Positions 50,826 through 61,647 of a stretch of DNA of 64,000 nt are shown here, one piece after another. The notes below the pieces were generated by a model that was given only the letters and a program-made list of their open reading frames with translations, made no database searches and had not been told where the DNA came from. Source of the DNA: an uncultured Gemmatimonadales bacterium (lineage in GTDB: Bacteria > Gemmatimonadota > Gemmatimonadetes > Gemmatimonadales > GWC2-71-9). The stretch lies in contig CAVSQW010000014.1 of assembly GCA_963730185.1 (NCBI GenBank), positions 261,674 to 325,673 of the forward strand, written 5' to 3'. Numbering within the stretch: the first letter of the stretch is position 1; every line of letters starts with the position of its first letter. The position numbers and the translations under genes are program-made.

Positions 50826-52883
50826 ATGCTACGACGCCTTCTCGCTGCCTCCATCGCCACGGCTTGCCTGAGTCCGTCGGCGGTCGGCTCCGCGCAATCG
50901 ACCGTTCGGCCCCCCGCCCGGGCGATCCGCCGCGACCTCCCGCTCACCAACATGATCCGGCGCGCCTTCGCGGCCGGCACCCGCGACTCGACCGGCCGCC
51001 CCGGCCGGAGCTACTGGCAGCTGCGGGTCGATTACACGATCGACGCCGGGCTCGATCCGGCGACCTCCACGGTCACCGGCCGCGAGACGGTCGTGATTCA
51101 CAACACCAGCCCCGACTCGCTCTCCACGATTCAGCTCCGGCTCGACCAGAACATCTTCGCGGCCAACGTTCCCAAGGCCGAATCGGTCACCGAGATCACC
51201 GACGGCATGCCGGTCACCCGCCTCACGGTGAACGGCGAGGCGGTGGACTTGAACCCCCCGCCGCGCCGGTTCCGGCGGGGTGGTCCCGCGCCCGATGTCG
51301 CCCTCGCCGCGTATGGCATCGGCGAGACCTCGGCCCGGATCACCCTACCCAACCCGGTCCCGCCGGGTGGCAGCGCGACCCTCGGCGCCGAGTGGCACTT
51401 CCGGGTGGCGTTGTCCGACGGGATGCGCGGCCTCCGGATGGGGCGCTGGGACGATTCACTCTACCAGGTGGCCCAGTGGTATCCCCGGGTTGCGGTGTAC
51501 GACGACCTCCGCGGCTGGGACACCGATCCCTATCTCGGCCCGTCGGAGTTCTACAACAACTTCGGCCACTTCGACGTGACCATCGAAGTGCCGGCCGGCT
51601 GGCTGGTCGGCGCCACGGGCGTGCTCCAGAACCCGGATGACGTGCTGACGGGCCCGGTCCGGGAACGCCTGAGCCACGTGCTCGAGTCCGACTCGGTGCT
51701 GAGCATCGTGCCGGCGGGCGGCGGCGGTGCGGGGGAGGGCACCCAACCTGGCGCCCGGCTCCGTTGGCACTTCGTCGCCGACAGCGTCGCCGACGTGGCC
51801 TGGGCTACCTCGGACCGGTTCGTCTGGGACGCCACTCGGGCGGAGATTCCCGGGGCGGGCACCGTGCCGGTCAACATCTTCTACCTGCCCGGCAACGCCC
51901 GCCGGTACGCCGACGCCGGGCCCACCGTGCGGCACGCGCTCCAGTTCTACTCGAAGCTCTGGATGCCCTACGCCTTCCCGACCATGACCATCGTCGACGG
52001 TCCCGAGGGCGGGATGGAGTACCCGATGTTCATCATGTCGAGCGTCGGCGCGGCCGACCACGAAACCGGCCACGAGTGGTGGCCGATGATGGTCGGCGTG
52101 AACGAGACCTGGTACGGCTTCATGGACGAGGGCTTCAACCAGTACATGAACCGGCTCTCGCGGTCCGATCGGCAGGGCCAACCCGCGAACGTCGATGGCC
52201 TGGGCCAGGCCTATGGCCAGATCAGCGGCGACGAGCACGAAGCCCCACTCATGTGGGACGCCAACTACGGCGGGCCGATGTATTCGTTCCAGGCCTACGG
52301 CAAGGCGCCGATGATGCTCTCCATGCTGGGTGGCATCGTCGGCGACAGCGCCGTGTGGCGGGCAATGAGCGAGTACGCCCGGGCCTGGCGCTTCAAACAC
52401 CCGTCGCCCTGGGATTACGCCTTCTTCATGGACCGGGCGCTCCATCGCGACCTGGGGTGGTTCTGGTACTCGTGGCTCTTCACCACCGACGCCGTGGACG
52501 GGTCCATCCAGAAAGTGGCGACGGCGGGACATCGGACCACGGTGACCGTGCACCAGGACGGGCAGATGCCGTCGCCGGTCGTGCTGGAGGTACACTTCGC
52601 GCCGGGGAAGGGCCGCATTCGCCCGATGCCGAACAGCGTGATGACGGACAGCGCCACGGCGGTCGTGACCTTTCCGGTCGACGTCTGGTTCGGCGGTGGC
52701 CGGACCTTCGAGGCCAAGCTCGATTTCGGGGGCCGGCCGATCGACAAGCTGGTGCTCGATCCCCACTGCCGATTCCCCGACCGCGACCCCAGCGACAACG
52801 TCTGGCCCAGAGATTCGAGCCTCGCTGCGCCATCGGGCGGCGCGTTCGGAGCAGTCGCATGCTACGGGAAGCGGGAGCGATAG
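50826..52883 (+). CDS. M1-family aminopeptidase, secreted
   Basis: GGMEYP, HETGHEW, MDEG. Confidence 0.92.
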   Translation: MLRRLLAASIATACLSPSAVGSAQSTVRPPARAIRRDLPLTNMIRRAFAAGTRDSTGRPGRSYWQLRVDYTIDAGLDPATSTVTGRETVVIHNTSPDSLSTIQLRLDQNIFAANVPKAESVTEITDGMPVTRLTVNGEAVDLNPPPRRFRRGGPAPDVALAAYGIGETSARITLPNPVPPGGSATLGAEWHFRVALSDGMRGLRMGRWDDSLYQVAQWYPRVAVYDDLRGWDTDPYLGPSEFYNNFGHFDVTIEVPAGWLVGATGVLQNPDDVLTGPVRERLSHVLESDSVLSIVPAGGGGAGEGTQPGARLRWHFVADSVADVAWATSDRFVWDATRAEIPGAGTVPVNIFYLPGNARRYADAGPTVRHALQFYSKLWMPYAFPTMTIVDGPEGGMEYPMFIMSSVGAADHETGHEWWPMMVGVNETWYGFMDEGFNQYMNRLSRSDRQGQPANVDGLGQAYGQISGDEHEAPLMWDANYGGPMYSFQAYGKAPMMLSMLGGIVGDSAVWRAMSEYARAWRFKHPSPWDYAFFMDRALHRDLGWFWYSWLFTTDAVDGSIQKVATAGHRTTVTVHQDGQMPSPVVLEVHFAPGKGRIRPMPNSVMTDSATAVVTFPVDVWFGGGRTFEAKLDFGGRPIDKLVLDPHCRFPDRDPSDNVWPRDSSLAAPSGGAFGAVACYGKRER

Positions 52884-53042
52884 CGAGGTCCGCCGACCTC
52901 ATTGTGCTCCAAACCCGAGCCGGGCGGTCACCAGCAGGTGGTGGCCGCCCGGCGGCCGTATCCGCACCAGCTTGAGCTGCGGTTCTCGCACTTTCTACTC
53001 GATCGTGACTCCGTAACGCGTTGGAGAACAATGACTTCCGGC

Positions 53043-53059
53043 GTGGCCCGGCGGCTGCA
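53043..53059 (+). promoter_or_regulatory. Putative sigma-54 promoter
   Basis: GTGGCCCGGCGGCTGCA, GG-N10-GC, 80 nt upstream of the ATG at 53140. Confidence 0.45.
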
Positions 53060-53139
53060 TCCTGGTTCGGCGACGGCGACGGTCAGGCCGTCCGCGAACG
53101 GAGACCACCGCGGACCTGCGGTCTCGAGTCGGAGGAGTC

Positions 53140-53715
53140 ATGAAAGCCCACCTTTCGTTGGTACTCGCGGCCGCCGCGCTGGCGGCCACCCCTCTGGCAG
53201 CGCAACAGCCGGTCCGAGCCCGGCCACCCGTTGCCCAGCAGGCGCCTCGACGCGCCGCGCGCGCCGCGGAGCCGACCCCGCGCCGTGACGACCCGGCCCC
53301 AAAGGCTCGCGATCAGACCCCGGGTCGTGACGGCCGGGTGGCGCCCGACGCTCGGGATCGGGAGCGGAACGCGCGGTCGAGCTCGGAGCGGTTCGAGCGC
53401 GGCGACCGGGGTGACGAGCGCTCGTCGGTCGGCGACCGCCGGTTCCAGCTGGATCGACCCTTTGCTCGGGGCCGGTTCGTCCGAGACGCCGGTCGGCGGT
53501 ACGCGGTCGCGCGGGTGGACTTCGGTGCGGGCCGTGTCTGGCTGGCGGATGGCTTCGGCTTCGAGATCGCGGGCTGGGACCGGTCGCTGACGTCACTCTG
53601 GAATTGGCGCGCCGACCGGTTCGCGATCGAGGCCGACCCTGATCACCTGGGTTGGTACCTCCTCACCGATCTGCGCCTCGGGCACTCGGTCCACGTGCTC
53701 TTCCTCGGGGCGTAG
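53140..53715 (+). CDS. Secreted hypothetical protein with Arg/Asp-rich disordered N-terminus
   Basis: SD GGAGGAG; signal peptide; C-terminal DPDHLGWYLL...HVLFLG. Confidence 0.7.
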   Translation: MKAHLSLVLAAAALAATPLAAQQPVRARPPVAQQAPRRAARAAEPTPRRDDPAPKARDQTPGRDGRVAPDARDRERNARSSSERFERGDRGDERSSVGDRRFQLDRPFARGRFVRDAGRRYAVARVDFGAGRVWLADGFGFEIAGWDRSLTSLWNWRADRFAIEADPDHLGWYLLTDLRLGHSVHVLFLGA

Positions 53716-53827
53716 GCATCGACTTCGCCGCGGCCTCGCCGCGGCGACCGCTCCCCGAATGACGATCGGGCCGCCCCCCGCCGGTTCAGCGACTGGCGGC
53801 GGGGCGGATCCGCATGCCGCCGACGGG

Positions 53828-54637
53828 TCAGGCGAAGAATCCCTGGACATCCGATGACGACACCGCCCGCCCGAGCCGCGTAAACCGGCCCTCCTGGGCG
53901 ATCTCCCGGGCGGCGTCGAGAAAGCCGGTCCAGGCGGCCCGCGCCAGCGCCCCGCCCACGCTGATCCGGCGAACGCCCAGCTCGGCGAGCCGGTGCACGG
54001 TCGCGAAGTCGGCCCAGACCAGCACGTTCACCGGCTTCGGCGCGACCGCGGCGACGACCGCCTTGATGTCGGCCTCGCGTTGGAGCCCGGGGGCGTACAG
54101 ACAGTCCGCGCCTGCCTCGGCATAGGCCGTGAGTCGACGAATCGTCTCTTCCAGGTCCGGGCGCCCCACGATAAAGCCTTCCGACCGACCTACCAGGAGC
54201 ACGCCGGTGCCGCTCGCGTCGATGGCGCGCCGGGCGGCCCGCATCCGCTCGACCGCCAGCCCGAAGTCGAAGAGCGGCCGGTCGGCTTCCCCGGTCGAAT
54301 CCTCGATCGAGAGCCCGGCCACCCCGGTGGCCGTGGCGAGCTGGACGTTGGCCGCGACTCCCTCCGGCTCGATCGCGAAGCCACCCTCGAAATCGCCGTT
54401 GACCGGGATCGACACCGTCTCGGCCATCGCTCGGAAGTGGGCCAGCACCTGCTCCAGGGTGACGCGATTGTCGCGGCGCGCCTGACTCCAGGCGAATCCC
54501 GAGCTGGTGCTGGCGAGGGCCTTGAAGCCGAGCCGCTCGAGAACCCGGGCGCTCCCCAGGTCCCACGGATTGGGCACCACGAAGCAGCCGGATTGATGGA
54601 GCGCGTGAAAGGCGCGGGCACGATCGGTGGTCGGCAT
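53828..54637 (-). CDS. Isocitrate lyase/PEP mutase family protein
   Basis: PNPWD, STSSG, DFEGGF, IEDS, AGADCLYAPG. Confidence 0.9.
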   Translation of the reverse strand: MPTTDRARAFHALHQSGCFVVPNPWDLGSARVLERLGFKALASTSSGFAWSQARRDNRVTLEQVLAHFRAMAETVSIPVNGDFEGGFAIEPEGVAANVQLATATGVAGLSIEDSTGEADRPLFDFGLAVERMRAARRAIDASGTGVLLVGRSEGFIVGRPDLEETIRRLTAYAEAGADCLYAPGLQREADIKAVVAAVAPKPVNVLVWADFATVHRLAELGVRRISVGGALARAAWTGFLDAAREIAQEGRFTRLGRAVSSSDVQGFFA

Positions 54638-54834
54638 GGCGGGAAGATAGCCCGGCTCAGTGCCGGGCGTCGTCCAGCGCCGGTTCGAAGCCGGTCTGGC
54701 TCAACCCGCCCGACCCCGTGAACCGGTGGTGAATCCGGGGTGTGCCGGCGTGCCTTGGGGACCTCTTTGGGGAGAACGCCCGCCAGTTGCCCCCTGGAAT
54801 TCGTGAAGCCGCGCTATCGTAATGGGCGACGGGT

Positions 54835-54851
54835 GTGGCACCCGTCCTGCT
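54835..54851 (+). promoter_or_regulatory. Putative sigma-54 promoter
   Basis: GTGGCACCCGTCCTGCT, GG-N10-GC. Confidence 0.45.
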
Positions 54852-54867
54852 GTCAGCGTCGGTCATC

Positions 54868-55890
54868 ATGCTGGCCGGACGCCTCAAATCCAGGCCGGGT
54901 CAGGCGGCGGGCGACATCGGGCGCCGCGACGCGCGACTCGTAGGAACCGAACTGGCGGTCCAGACGGCCATTGGCGCGGCTTTGCTTGGCGTCGCCGTCG
55001 GTCTGACGGCCCTCGCCGGGTGGGCCTTTGACCTCCCCCGCCTCACCAACATCATCGCCGGCGCGGCCACCATGAAGCCCCTCACGGCGACCGGGTTCCT
55101 ACTGGCCGGGGCCGGGCTGGGGCTGTCCGTCCTGGGACCCCGGTTCCCCCGGTCACGTCGGGTCGCGGCCGGAGCGGCCGGCACCCTGGCGGCCGTGGCC
55201 CTCTTGATCGTGCTTCAGGGTGGTTCCGCTGGGCTCGTACGTCCTGCTCGCCGTCTCGGACACGGGGTCGGGGATGCCACCCGAGGTGCAAGCTCGGGTG
55301 TTCGACCCCTTCTTCACCACCAAGGACCCGGGACATGGCACCGGTCTGGGGCTCTCGGTCGTGCTCGGCATCGTGGAGAAGAGCGGGGGGCGGATCCAGG
55401 TCTACAGCGAGCCCGGGGTCGGAACGACGTTCAAGCTCTACTTCCCGACCGTCGACAGCCCCGCCGCCCGCCCCGGCATGACGACCTGGCCGCGCCCCGG
55501 GGGAACGCCACCATTCTGCTGGTCGAGGACGAGCCGGCGGTCCGCCGGATCGCCGCCCGAATCCTCCGCTCGGCCGGCTACATGGTTCTGCTCGCCAACG
55601 GCGGTGAGGAAGCGCTGCGACTGGCAGGGTACGGCGCCCACGGCGTCGATCTGGTGGTCACCGACGTGGTGATGCCGTCCATGGACGGGCGGCAGCTCGC
55701 CGAGGCGCTCCAGTCCCGGAACCCGGCGGTACGGGTGCTCTACTCGAGCGGATATACCGACGACGCCGTGGTTCGGCACGGCATCCTCCACGCCCAGGTA
55801 CCCTTCCTCCGGAAGCCGTACTCGTCGGGCGAGCTCCTCCGCAAGGTGGCCGAGGTCCTGCTGTCGGGTCCCGCCACGAACCACCCCTGA
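54868..55890 (+). pseudogene. Internally deleted and frameshifted hybrid sensor kinase (TM - partial HATPase - REC)
   Basis: TM N-terminus joins out of frame to [13 protein letters not shown]...FDPFFTTK...GTGLGL, then an intact-looking REC (ILLVEDE, TDVVMP, KP). No H-box or N-box present. Confidence 0.75.
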
Positions 55891-55922
55891 CCAGCGGAGG
55901 CCCGGGGGCGGCCGTCACCGGG

Positions 55923-57197
55923 TCAGCCCAGGTCGCGGAGGCGGCGCTCCAGGAAGCGTCGCTGCGGGTCCTGGTTCGTGAGCGCCAAGGCGCGCGTGTA
56001 GGCCGGCGTGCGCCTCGCCGGCCCGCCCGAGCCGCCGGCAGAGTGCCGCACGCGCCGAATGCGCAGGAGAATAGCTGCGTCAGCTCGCCGCGCGCAGGAT
56101 CGCGTCAATCAAGGCGAGGCCGGCCGCCGGGCCGTCACGCATCGCGAGGGCCGCGGCCCGATTGAGCTCGACGACCGGCGAGGGATCGAGCGCGCAGGAG
56201 CACATCGTAGAGGCCGACGATCTGGGCCCAGTCCGTGTCGCCGGGCGTCGGCGCGCCGGCATGCACGGCGGCGATCGCCGCCTGGAGCGTGTAGGGGCCG
56301 AAACGGCGCGACGCGATCGCGTCGCTCGACGAGTGCGCTGCCTTCGGCAATCTGGTCCCGGTTCCACGAGCGACCGGTCCTGGTCGTCGAGCAGCACGAG
56401 GTCGCCCTCGGACGTCGGCTCGCGCCGCCCGGCGCGACTCGTGGAGCAGCATCAGCGCGAGCAGTCCCATCAGCCTCCGGCTCCGGCAGCAGCTCGGCCA
56501 GCAGCCGGCCGAGCCGAATCGCCTCGCCCGACAGATCGCTGCCGCGTGAGCGAGGCTCCGCGACGAGGCGGCGTAGCCCTCGTTGAACACGAGATAGATC
56601 ACGTGGAGCACGCGCGTCGAGCCGGTCGGGCAGCTCGGCGCGCGACGGGCACCTGCGTAGGGAATGCGCGCGTCGCGGATCTTGGCCTTGGCGCGGACGA
56701 TGCGCTGGGCGACGCGTCGGCGCGCCGAGTGAGAAACGCATGCGCAATCTCTTCGGTGGTGAACCCGCAGACCTCGCGCAGGGTCAGGGCGACCTGCGCA
56801 TCGAGCGCGAGCGCCGGGATGGCAGCAGGTGAAGATCGAGGCGCAGCCGGTCGTCGTCGAGATCGTCCTCCGTCGATTCTGGCGGAGTCGCGGCACGTCG
56901 CGGCGGGACGCCGCGAGTCGGAGCGCGAGCGCTCCGAGCGACCTGTCGAACCGCGCGCGGCGGCGCATCGCGTCGATGGCCTTGAAGCGCCCGGTCGAGA
57001 CGAGCCACGCACGCGGGTTGGCCGGGAACGCCGTCGCGCGGCCACTGCTCCATCGCCGCCACGAACGCGTCGTGCAGCGCCTCCTCGGCGAGATCGAAGT
57101 CGCCGAGGAGGCGGATGAGGGTCGCAAGGACGCGGCGCGACTCGGAGCGATAGACCGCCTCGACGGTGCTCCGGAGGTCTTTCGGTGGCGCGCCCAT
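55923..57197 (-). CDS. ECF42-type sigma factor with C-terminal TPR-like extension (many frameshifts)
   Basis: DFDLAEEALHDAF, IFTCCHP, ALTLREVCG, QRIVRAK, YLVFNEGY, QAAIAAVHA, VVELNRA. Confidence 0.85.
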
Positions 57198-57199
57198 GC

Positions 57200-57566
57200 C
57201 CGGCTCCTGCGCTCCAGGCGGGATTGGGGGCCACCGGCGGCGCACCTCGATCGAGCCGACCCGGGCGCACGGGATCCGGGCGGCGACCTGAATGGCTTCG
57301 TTGAGGTCGATCGCTTCGATCAGGTAGTATCCGCCAAGCTGCTCCTTGGTCTCCGCGTAGGGGCCATCGGTAGTCGACAGCTTGCCGGCCCGGATCCGGA
57401 CGGTGGTCGCCGCGGCGACGGACTCCAGGCGGTGCGGCTACCGAGTGACCGCTCGCCTTGATCGAGCGGGTGTAGTCGGCGTACTCGCGCGTCATCGCCT
57501 CCGCTTCGGCGGCCGGCCGGGCCGCCCAGGTCGCGGGGTCGAAGTAGATCAGACACAGGTATTCAT
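57200..57566 (-). CDS. YCII/DGPF-family protein (frameshifted; 3' end uncertain)
   Basis: YLCLIYFD...TDGPYAETKEQLGGYYLI...IP...GSIEVR. Confidence 0.85.
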
Positions 57567-57608
57567 CGATGCCTCCGGGTGGTCGGAATTCGGGGTGGAC
57601 ACCGGATA

Positions 57609-57635
57609 GTCGTCTGGCGCCGGCCGAATTCGACA
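57609..57635 (-). promoter_or_regulatory. ECF42-type promoter
   Basis: TGTCGA (57635-57630) - 17 nt - CGAC upstream of the DGPF gene. Confidence 0.6.
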
Positions 57636-57724
57636 TCGGGCTTGGGACCGCCCGAGTCCTTCGCGACTGGTGGAATCAGCGGGGGAGAGTGAGCGCCGAG
57701 GCCCTCGGGCCGGCCCCCGTCCGG

Positions 57725-59113
57725 CTACGGCAGGCGCTCGAGGGCCCGTTCCAGCGCCGGGTCACGGCCCGCCGCCAGGTCACGCTTTTGGAACACGGGA
57801 ACCGCGATATCAGGCGGGATCCCGGCGCCGTCGAAGGTCTTGCCGTCGGCCGTCCGGAAGACCTCGTTCGGGAGACCGAACCGCCACCCGTTGGGCATCT
57901 GCCGGATCAGGACGTCGGAGAACACGCCCTGGGTGTTCTCTCCGATCCGGATCACCTTGGGCGCCCGTCCCATCAGGGCCTGGGTGAAGGTCTCGCCGGC
58001 GCTGATGGTGAACGGCCCGGTCAGCTCGACGACCTCGCCGCGGAAGCTCGGCTTGTCGCTGGGCTCGACCCGGCTGGGCTGGCCGGCGGTCCACCGGTTT
58101 CGGTCGACCGGGTCCGCCCGGGCCTCCTTGGTGTAGGCCACGTAGGGCGCGGTGGCGAGCCGGGACGCGATCGCGAGGCCGAGCGGGTCCGCGCCGCCGG
58201 TGTTGATCCGGACGTCGATGATCAGCCGCTTTCGGCCGGCCAGGTCGGTCATCATCGTGTCGAGGGCCGTCTCGAGGGCCGCCAGCTCCGCCTCGAAGGG
58301 GCCGTCGGCATACCCCGAGAACGAGAGCAGCCGAAGGTAGCCGGTCGAGTCGTTCAGGACGCCATACTGCACCTTGTCGTGGCAGAACGTCCGGATCGGA
58401 CCGGCGAGGTACCGATCGGTGATCGCGGTGATCCGGGGGAGCTGCTCCTGGAGGAATCCCCGGACCCCGTGGGCCACGAACCGCTCGGTGCCCGGGCGGA
58501 GTCCCGAGTAGCGACGGTCCAGGCTGGGCGCCAGGATCAGGGTGTGGGCGTCGTGGAACGGCTCGATCAGTCCCTGGAGGAGGTCGAACAACGCGGCCGG
58601 GGTCGTCGAGTCCGTCACCCGAGCCCGGGCCCGGGCCACCTCGGCGGCCCAGTCGATGTCCTTCTGGTCGAAGAGGATGTAGTGCTCGGTCCAGGTCCGG
58701 GTGAAGACCTCGAAGTCGTCATCCGGGGTATCGGGGGTCGGGTGCTCGCAGGCGGCGCCGGCGCTCTCGACCCGCTCGAGCACCATGTCGGAGGCCATGC
58801 CCGGGGTGTGCACCCGGCGGGTGCCGGAGTCGCCGGGGAGGAGCGTGACGGTGCCGCGCTGGGCGATCTCGAACGCCGGGGCGGTCGAATCCGGCGACGC
58901 GACCCGCACGCCGTTGAACGAGGGGACGCAGGTGGTGGTCGTTACCTCCCACGACCGGAGCGAATCGCCGGCGATCTGGACCACGAGGCCGTAGCCGCGC
59001 GATCGCCAGAAGCCGTCGACGGGCGGCGGCGAGGTGGGGCCGGCCTCCGAGCAGGCGGCCAGGCCCAGCAGGATCGGGAACGCGCGGAGCGCCCGAGGGA
59101 GGGAGGGGGGCAT
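57725..59113 (-). CDS. S41-family peptidase lipoprotein
   Basis: Lipobox LAAC; DAHT, DVRINTGG, TISAGE, GIPPD. Confidence 0.88.
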   Translation of the reverse strand: MPPSLPRALRAFPILLGLAACSEAGPTSPPPVDGFWRSRGYGLVVQIAGDSLRSWEVTTTTCVPSFNGVRVASPDSTAPAFEIAQRGTVTLLPGDSGTRRVHTPGMASDMVLERVESAGAACEHPTPDTPDDDFEVFTRTWTEHYILFDQKDIDWAAEVARARARVTDSTTPAALFDLLQGLIEPFHDAHTLILAPSLDRRYSGLRPGTERFVAHGVRGFLQEQLPRITAITDRYLAGPIRTFCHDKVQYGVLNDSTGYLRLLSFSGYADGPFEAELAALETALDTMMTDLAGRKRLIIDVRINTGGADPLGLAIASRLATAPYVAYTKEARADPVDRNRWTAGQPSRVEPSDKPSFRGEVVELTGPFTISAGETFTQALMGRAPKVIRIGENTQGVFSDVLIRQMPNGWRFGLPNEVFRTADGKTFDGAGIPPDIAVPVFQKRDLAAGRDPALERALERLP

Positions 59114-59200
59114 GCGACGGCTCCGTGGCGGGGGTGGTTCGAATCTACCGCATGGCGATGGCGCCGAGCGAACCCCCCGTCCGGTCGGCGCCCAGCCGGG

Positions 59201-59683
59201 TCACGACCGGTCCGGCAACGTGTAGTCGAGCTCGTAGAAGTGCTTACCGTCCCTGATGACGATCGACATCGTGCCCGTGATGCCGACCAGCTCGTCGGTG
59301 CCGGAGTCGGGCAGGATCCGGATCGTGAGCGCCGGCGTGCCCCGGGTCATGACCCCGTCGTGCTGGAGGAGAAAGGCGCCCCGCTTGCCGGCCAGGGTGC
59401 CCTCCACCCTCTCGATGGCGACGTAGCCACCCGAGCGTTCGGGCCCCATCCCCGCCGAGAGCATCACCCCCCGACCGCCCGCCGTCAGGTCGCCGTGGTA
59501 CTGCTTGGCGAGCGACCGGCGGCCGATGGCGCTGTCCACTTCGCTGGTGAGGAGCTCCAGCTTGACGTCGAACGTTCCGGCGGCGTGCTGCGACATGGTG
59601 CGTTCCTGCGCCTGGAGTGAAGTGACGGCGACGAGGAGGCCGAGGAGTCCGAACCGGGCGGGGCGGTGGTGGGGACGCATCAT
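59201..59683 (-). CDS. DUF3224-family protein
   Basis: AGTFDVK, KQYHGDL, GYVAIERVEG, SGTDELVGITG, HFYELDY. Confidence 0.85.
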   Translation of the reverse strand: MMRPHHRPARFGLLGLLVAVTSLQAQERTMSQHAAGTFDVKLELLTSEVDSAIGRRSLAKQYHGDLTAGGRGVMLSAGMGPERSGGYVAIERVEGTLAGKRGAFLLQHDGVMTRGTPALTIRILPDSGTDELVGITGTMSIVIRDGKHFYELDYTLPDRS

Positions 59684-59808
59684 GGGATCTCCGGACTGGG
59701 TCGGATAAATACCGAAGAAACGCCGAATTTCCAAACCCCACGTCGGCGGTTCGGGGCGACGCCGCAGTCAGGGCCTCCCCCGACCGGACGCCGCCCCTGG
59801 CGGTCCGG

Positions 59809-61611
59809 CTAGCGCCCGGACAGCCGGCGCACGACCTCGGCGAGGGCGTGGACCCGGGCGGCGTCGCCCGAGCCGTCGGCGTCGCGGTCGAGTCGGTCGC
59901 CCAGCGCGGTGAGCGCGGTCCGCCGAGCATCCCCCTGCCTCCGTTCGGCCGTCTGGAGCTCGCCCCGGGTCCGCTGCACCCACCCGCGCGCGACCGCAGT
60001 GCTCCGGCCCAGCTGGTCGAGGTAGGCGCGGGCCACCACGAAGCTCGCGGGCCATTCGAACTTGGGCTGGAGCTGGGCGTTGAACTGGTCGAAGCGCACC
60101 AGCTTGGCCGCCTCGATCTCGTTCCAGGAGAGAAGTTTGCTGGGCTTCAAGGTGAAGAGATCGAGCCCCCGGGCGATCTCGGAGCCCACGATGCGTCCGT
60201 TGTACCAGTAGGCCGACCAGTAGCCGCCCAGCACCAGCTTCTCGGCGTCCAGCGGTCCCCGGTCGAAATAGGCGATCTCGACCGGATGGTCGGCGTCGGT
60301 GAAGTCGATCACCGAGATCCCGCCCTGGTACCAGGCCTGCACCATGATGTCGCGTCCCGGCACGGGGATCAGGGATCCGTTGTGGGCGACGCAGTTCTCG
60401 AACTCGGTCTGGGCGGCGGGCAGCTTGTAATAGCCGGCGGGCGTGAGCTTCCGGTCGGCCAGGGTGAAGAAGGCGTCGGCGCCCCATTGGGGCTTGTCGG
60501 TAACCCGGCAGCGAGGCTGGGTGCCGCCGCCCCACTCGTCGGTGAAGACCACCTTGGAGGCGTCGTTGTTGAAGGTGGCCGAGTGCCAGTAGGCGAAGTT
60601 CGGGTCGATCACCTGGAAGATCCGGGTCGGGATTGGCCGGATCGCTGATGTCGAGCAGGATGCCCGTTGCCCGAGCAGGCGCCGGCCGCCAGCCCGAGCG
60701 CCGGATACGCGGTGATGTCGTGGCACATGGTTGGTCGCGGTCGTGGTCTGCGTGCCCTCGCCGTGGGCGCCGCCCTTCCAGAGGCCGGCGATCTGACCGG
60801 TCTGGGCGTCGGCGAAGATGCGGGGCATGTTCACGATCTGCGCCTCCTCCGGGTGCGCCAGCGGCACCTGGATGACCTCGATCCGGAAGAGGGACGTGTT
60901 GGGGTCCTGCTCCGGCGGCAGCGCCGGAGCACCCGGCCAGCTCCTCGCCGGAGCGGCACGAGCTGGTGCCCTGGACGTAGACGTAGACGTTGTCCGGGTC
61001 GTTCGGGTCGGTGACCAGCGTGTGGGTATGGGAGCCGCGGCAGGTCTGGACGGCCGCGACCTGCCTGGGATGGTCCAGGTCGCTGATGTCGAAGATCCGA
61101 ACGCCGCGGAAGCGCTCGGCGCTCACGGTGTCCTGGACGCCCTGGCCGCCGCAGTCGAGGCGGCCGCTGGTCTGCTCGACCGACATGAACAGCAGGTCGC
61201 CGTACACCGACGAGGTCGCCCTGGCCGCCGGGGCAGGCGAACGAGGCGCGGAGCGTCGGGCTTGGCCGGGTTCGAGATGTCGTAGACCTGGAAGCCGTGG
61301 AAGCTGCCCTGGAAGAGCAGGTCGCCCTGGAAGGCCAGGTCGGAGTTGGCGAAGGGGAAGGCGCCGACGTTGGTCGAGTCGAAGAAACCGTTGGACTTGG
61401 GCGCATGACCCACCAGGGTCAGGTTCTCGATCGCCTGGCCGGCGTTGGTGACGCCGGCCTTGAGGTTGGCGCGGGGGTCGGTGGTGCTGGCTTGGGCGGC
61501 GCTCCGCCCTGGAAGGCTCACGAGGGTGAGCCCGGCCAGCAGGGCGGCGGTGGCGAACCCGCCGAGCCGGGCGGAGCCGGCCGATCGGCGAGGGGTGGTC
61601 GGAGTGGACAT
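59809..61611 (-). CDS. LVIVD-repeat secreted protein (frameshifted)
   Basis: NSDLAFQG, VQTCRGSHTHT, YWHSATFNND, TDEWGGG, NCVAHNG, QAWYQGG. Confidence 0.85.
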
Positions 61612-61647
61612 GGGATTCTCGAAACGGAGTGGAGAGTGAGGGCCCGC

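Noticed and set aside
57569..59620. Long overlapping ORFs such as 57569..59620(+), 33640..35676(+), 16898..18622(-) and 21860..23497(-)
   Set aside because: These are antisense or off-frame shadows of well-supported genes, expected at this GC content, and carry no motifs.
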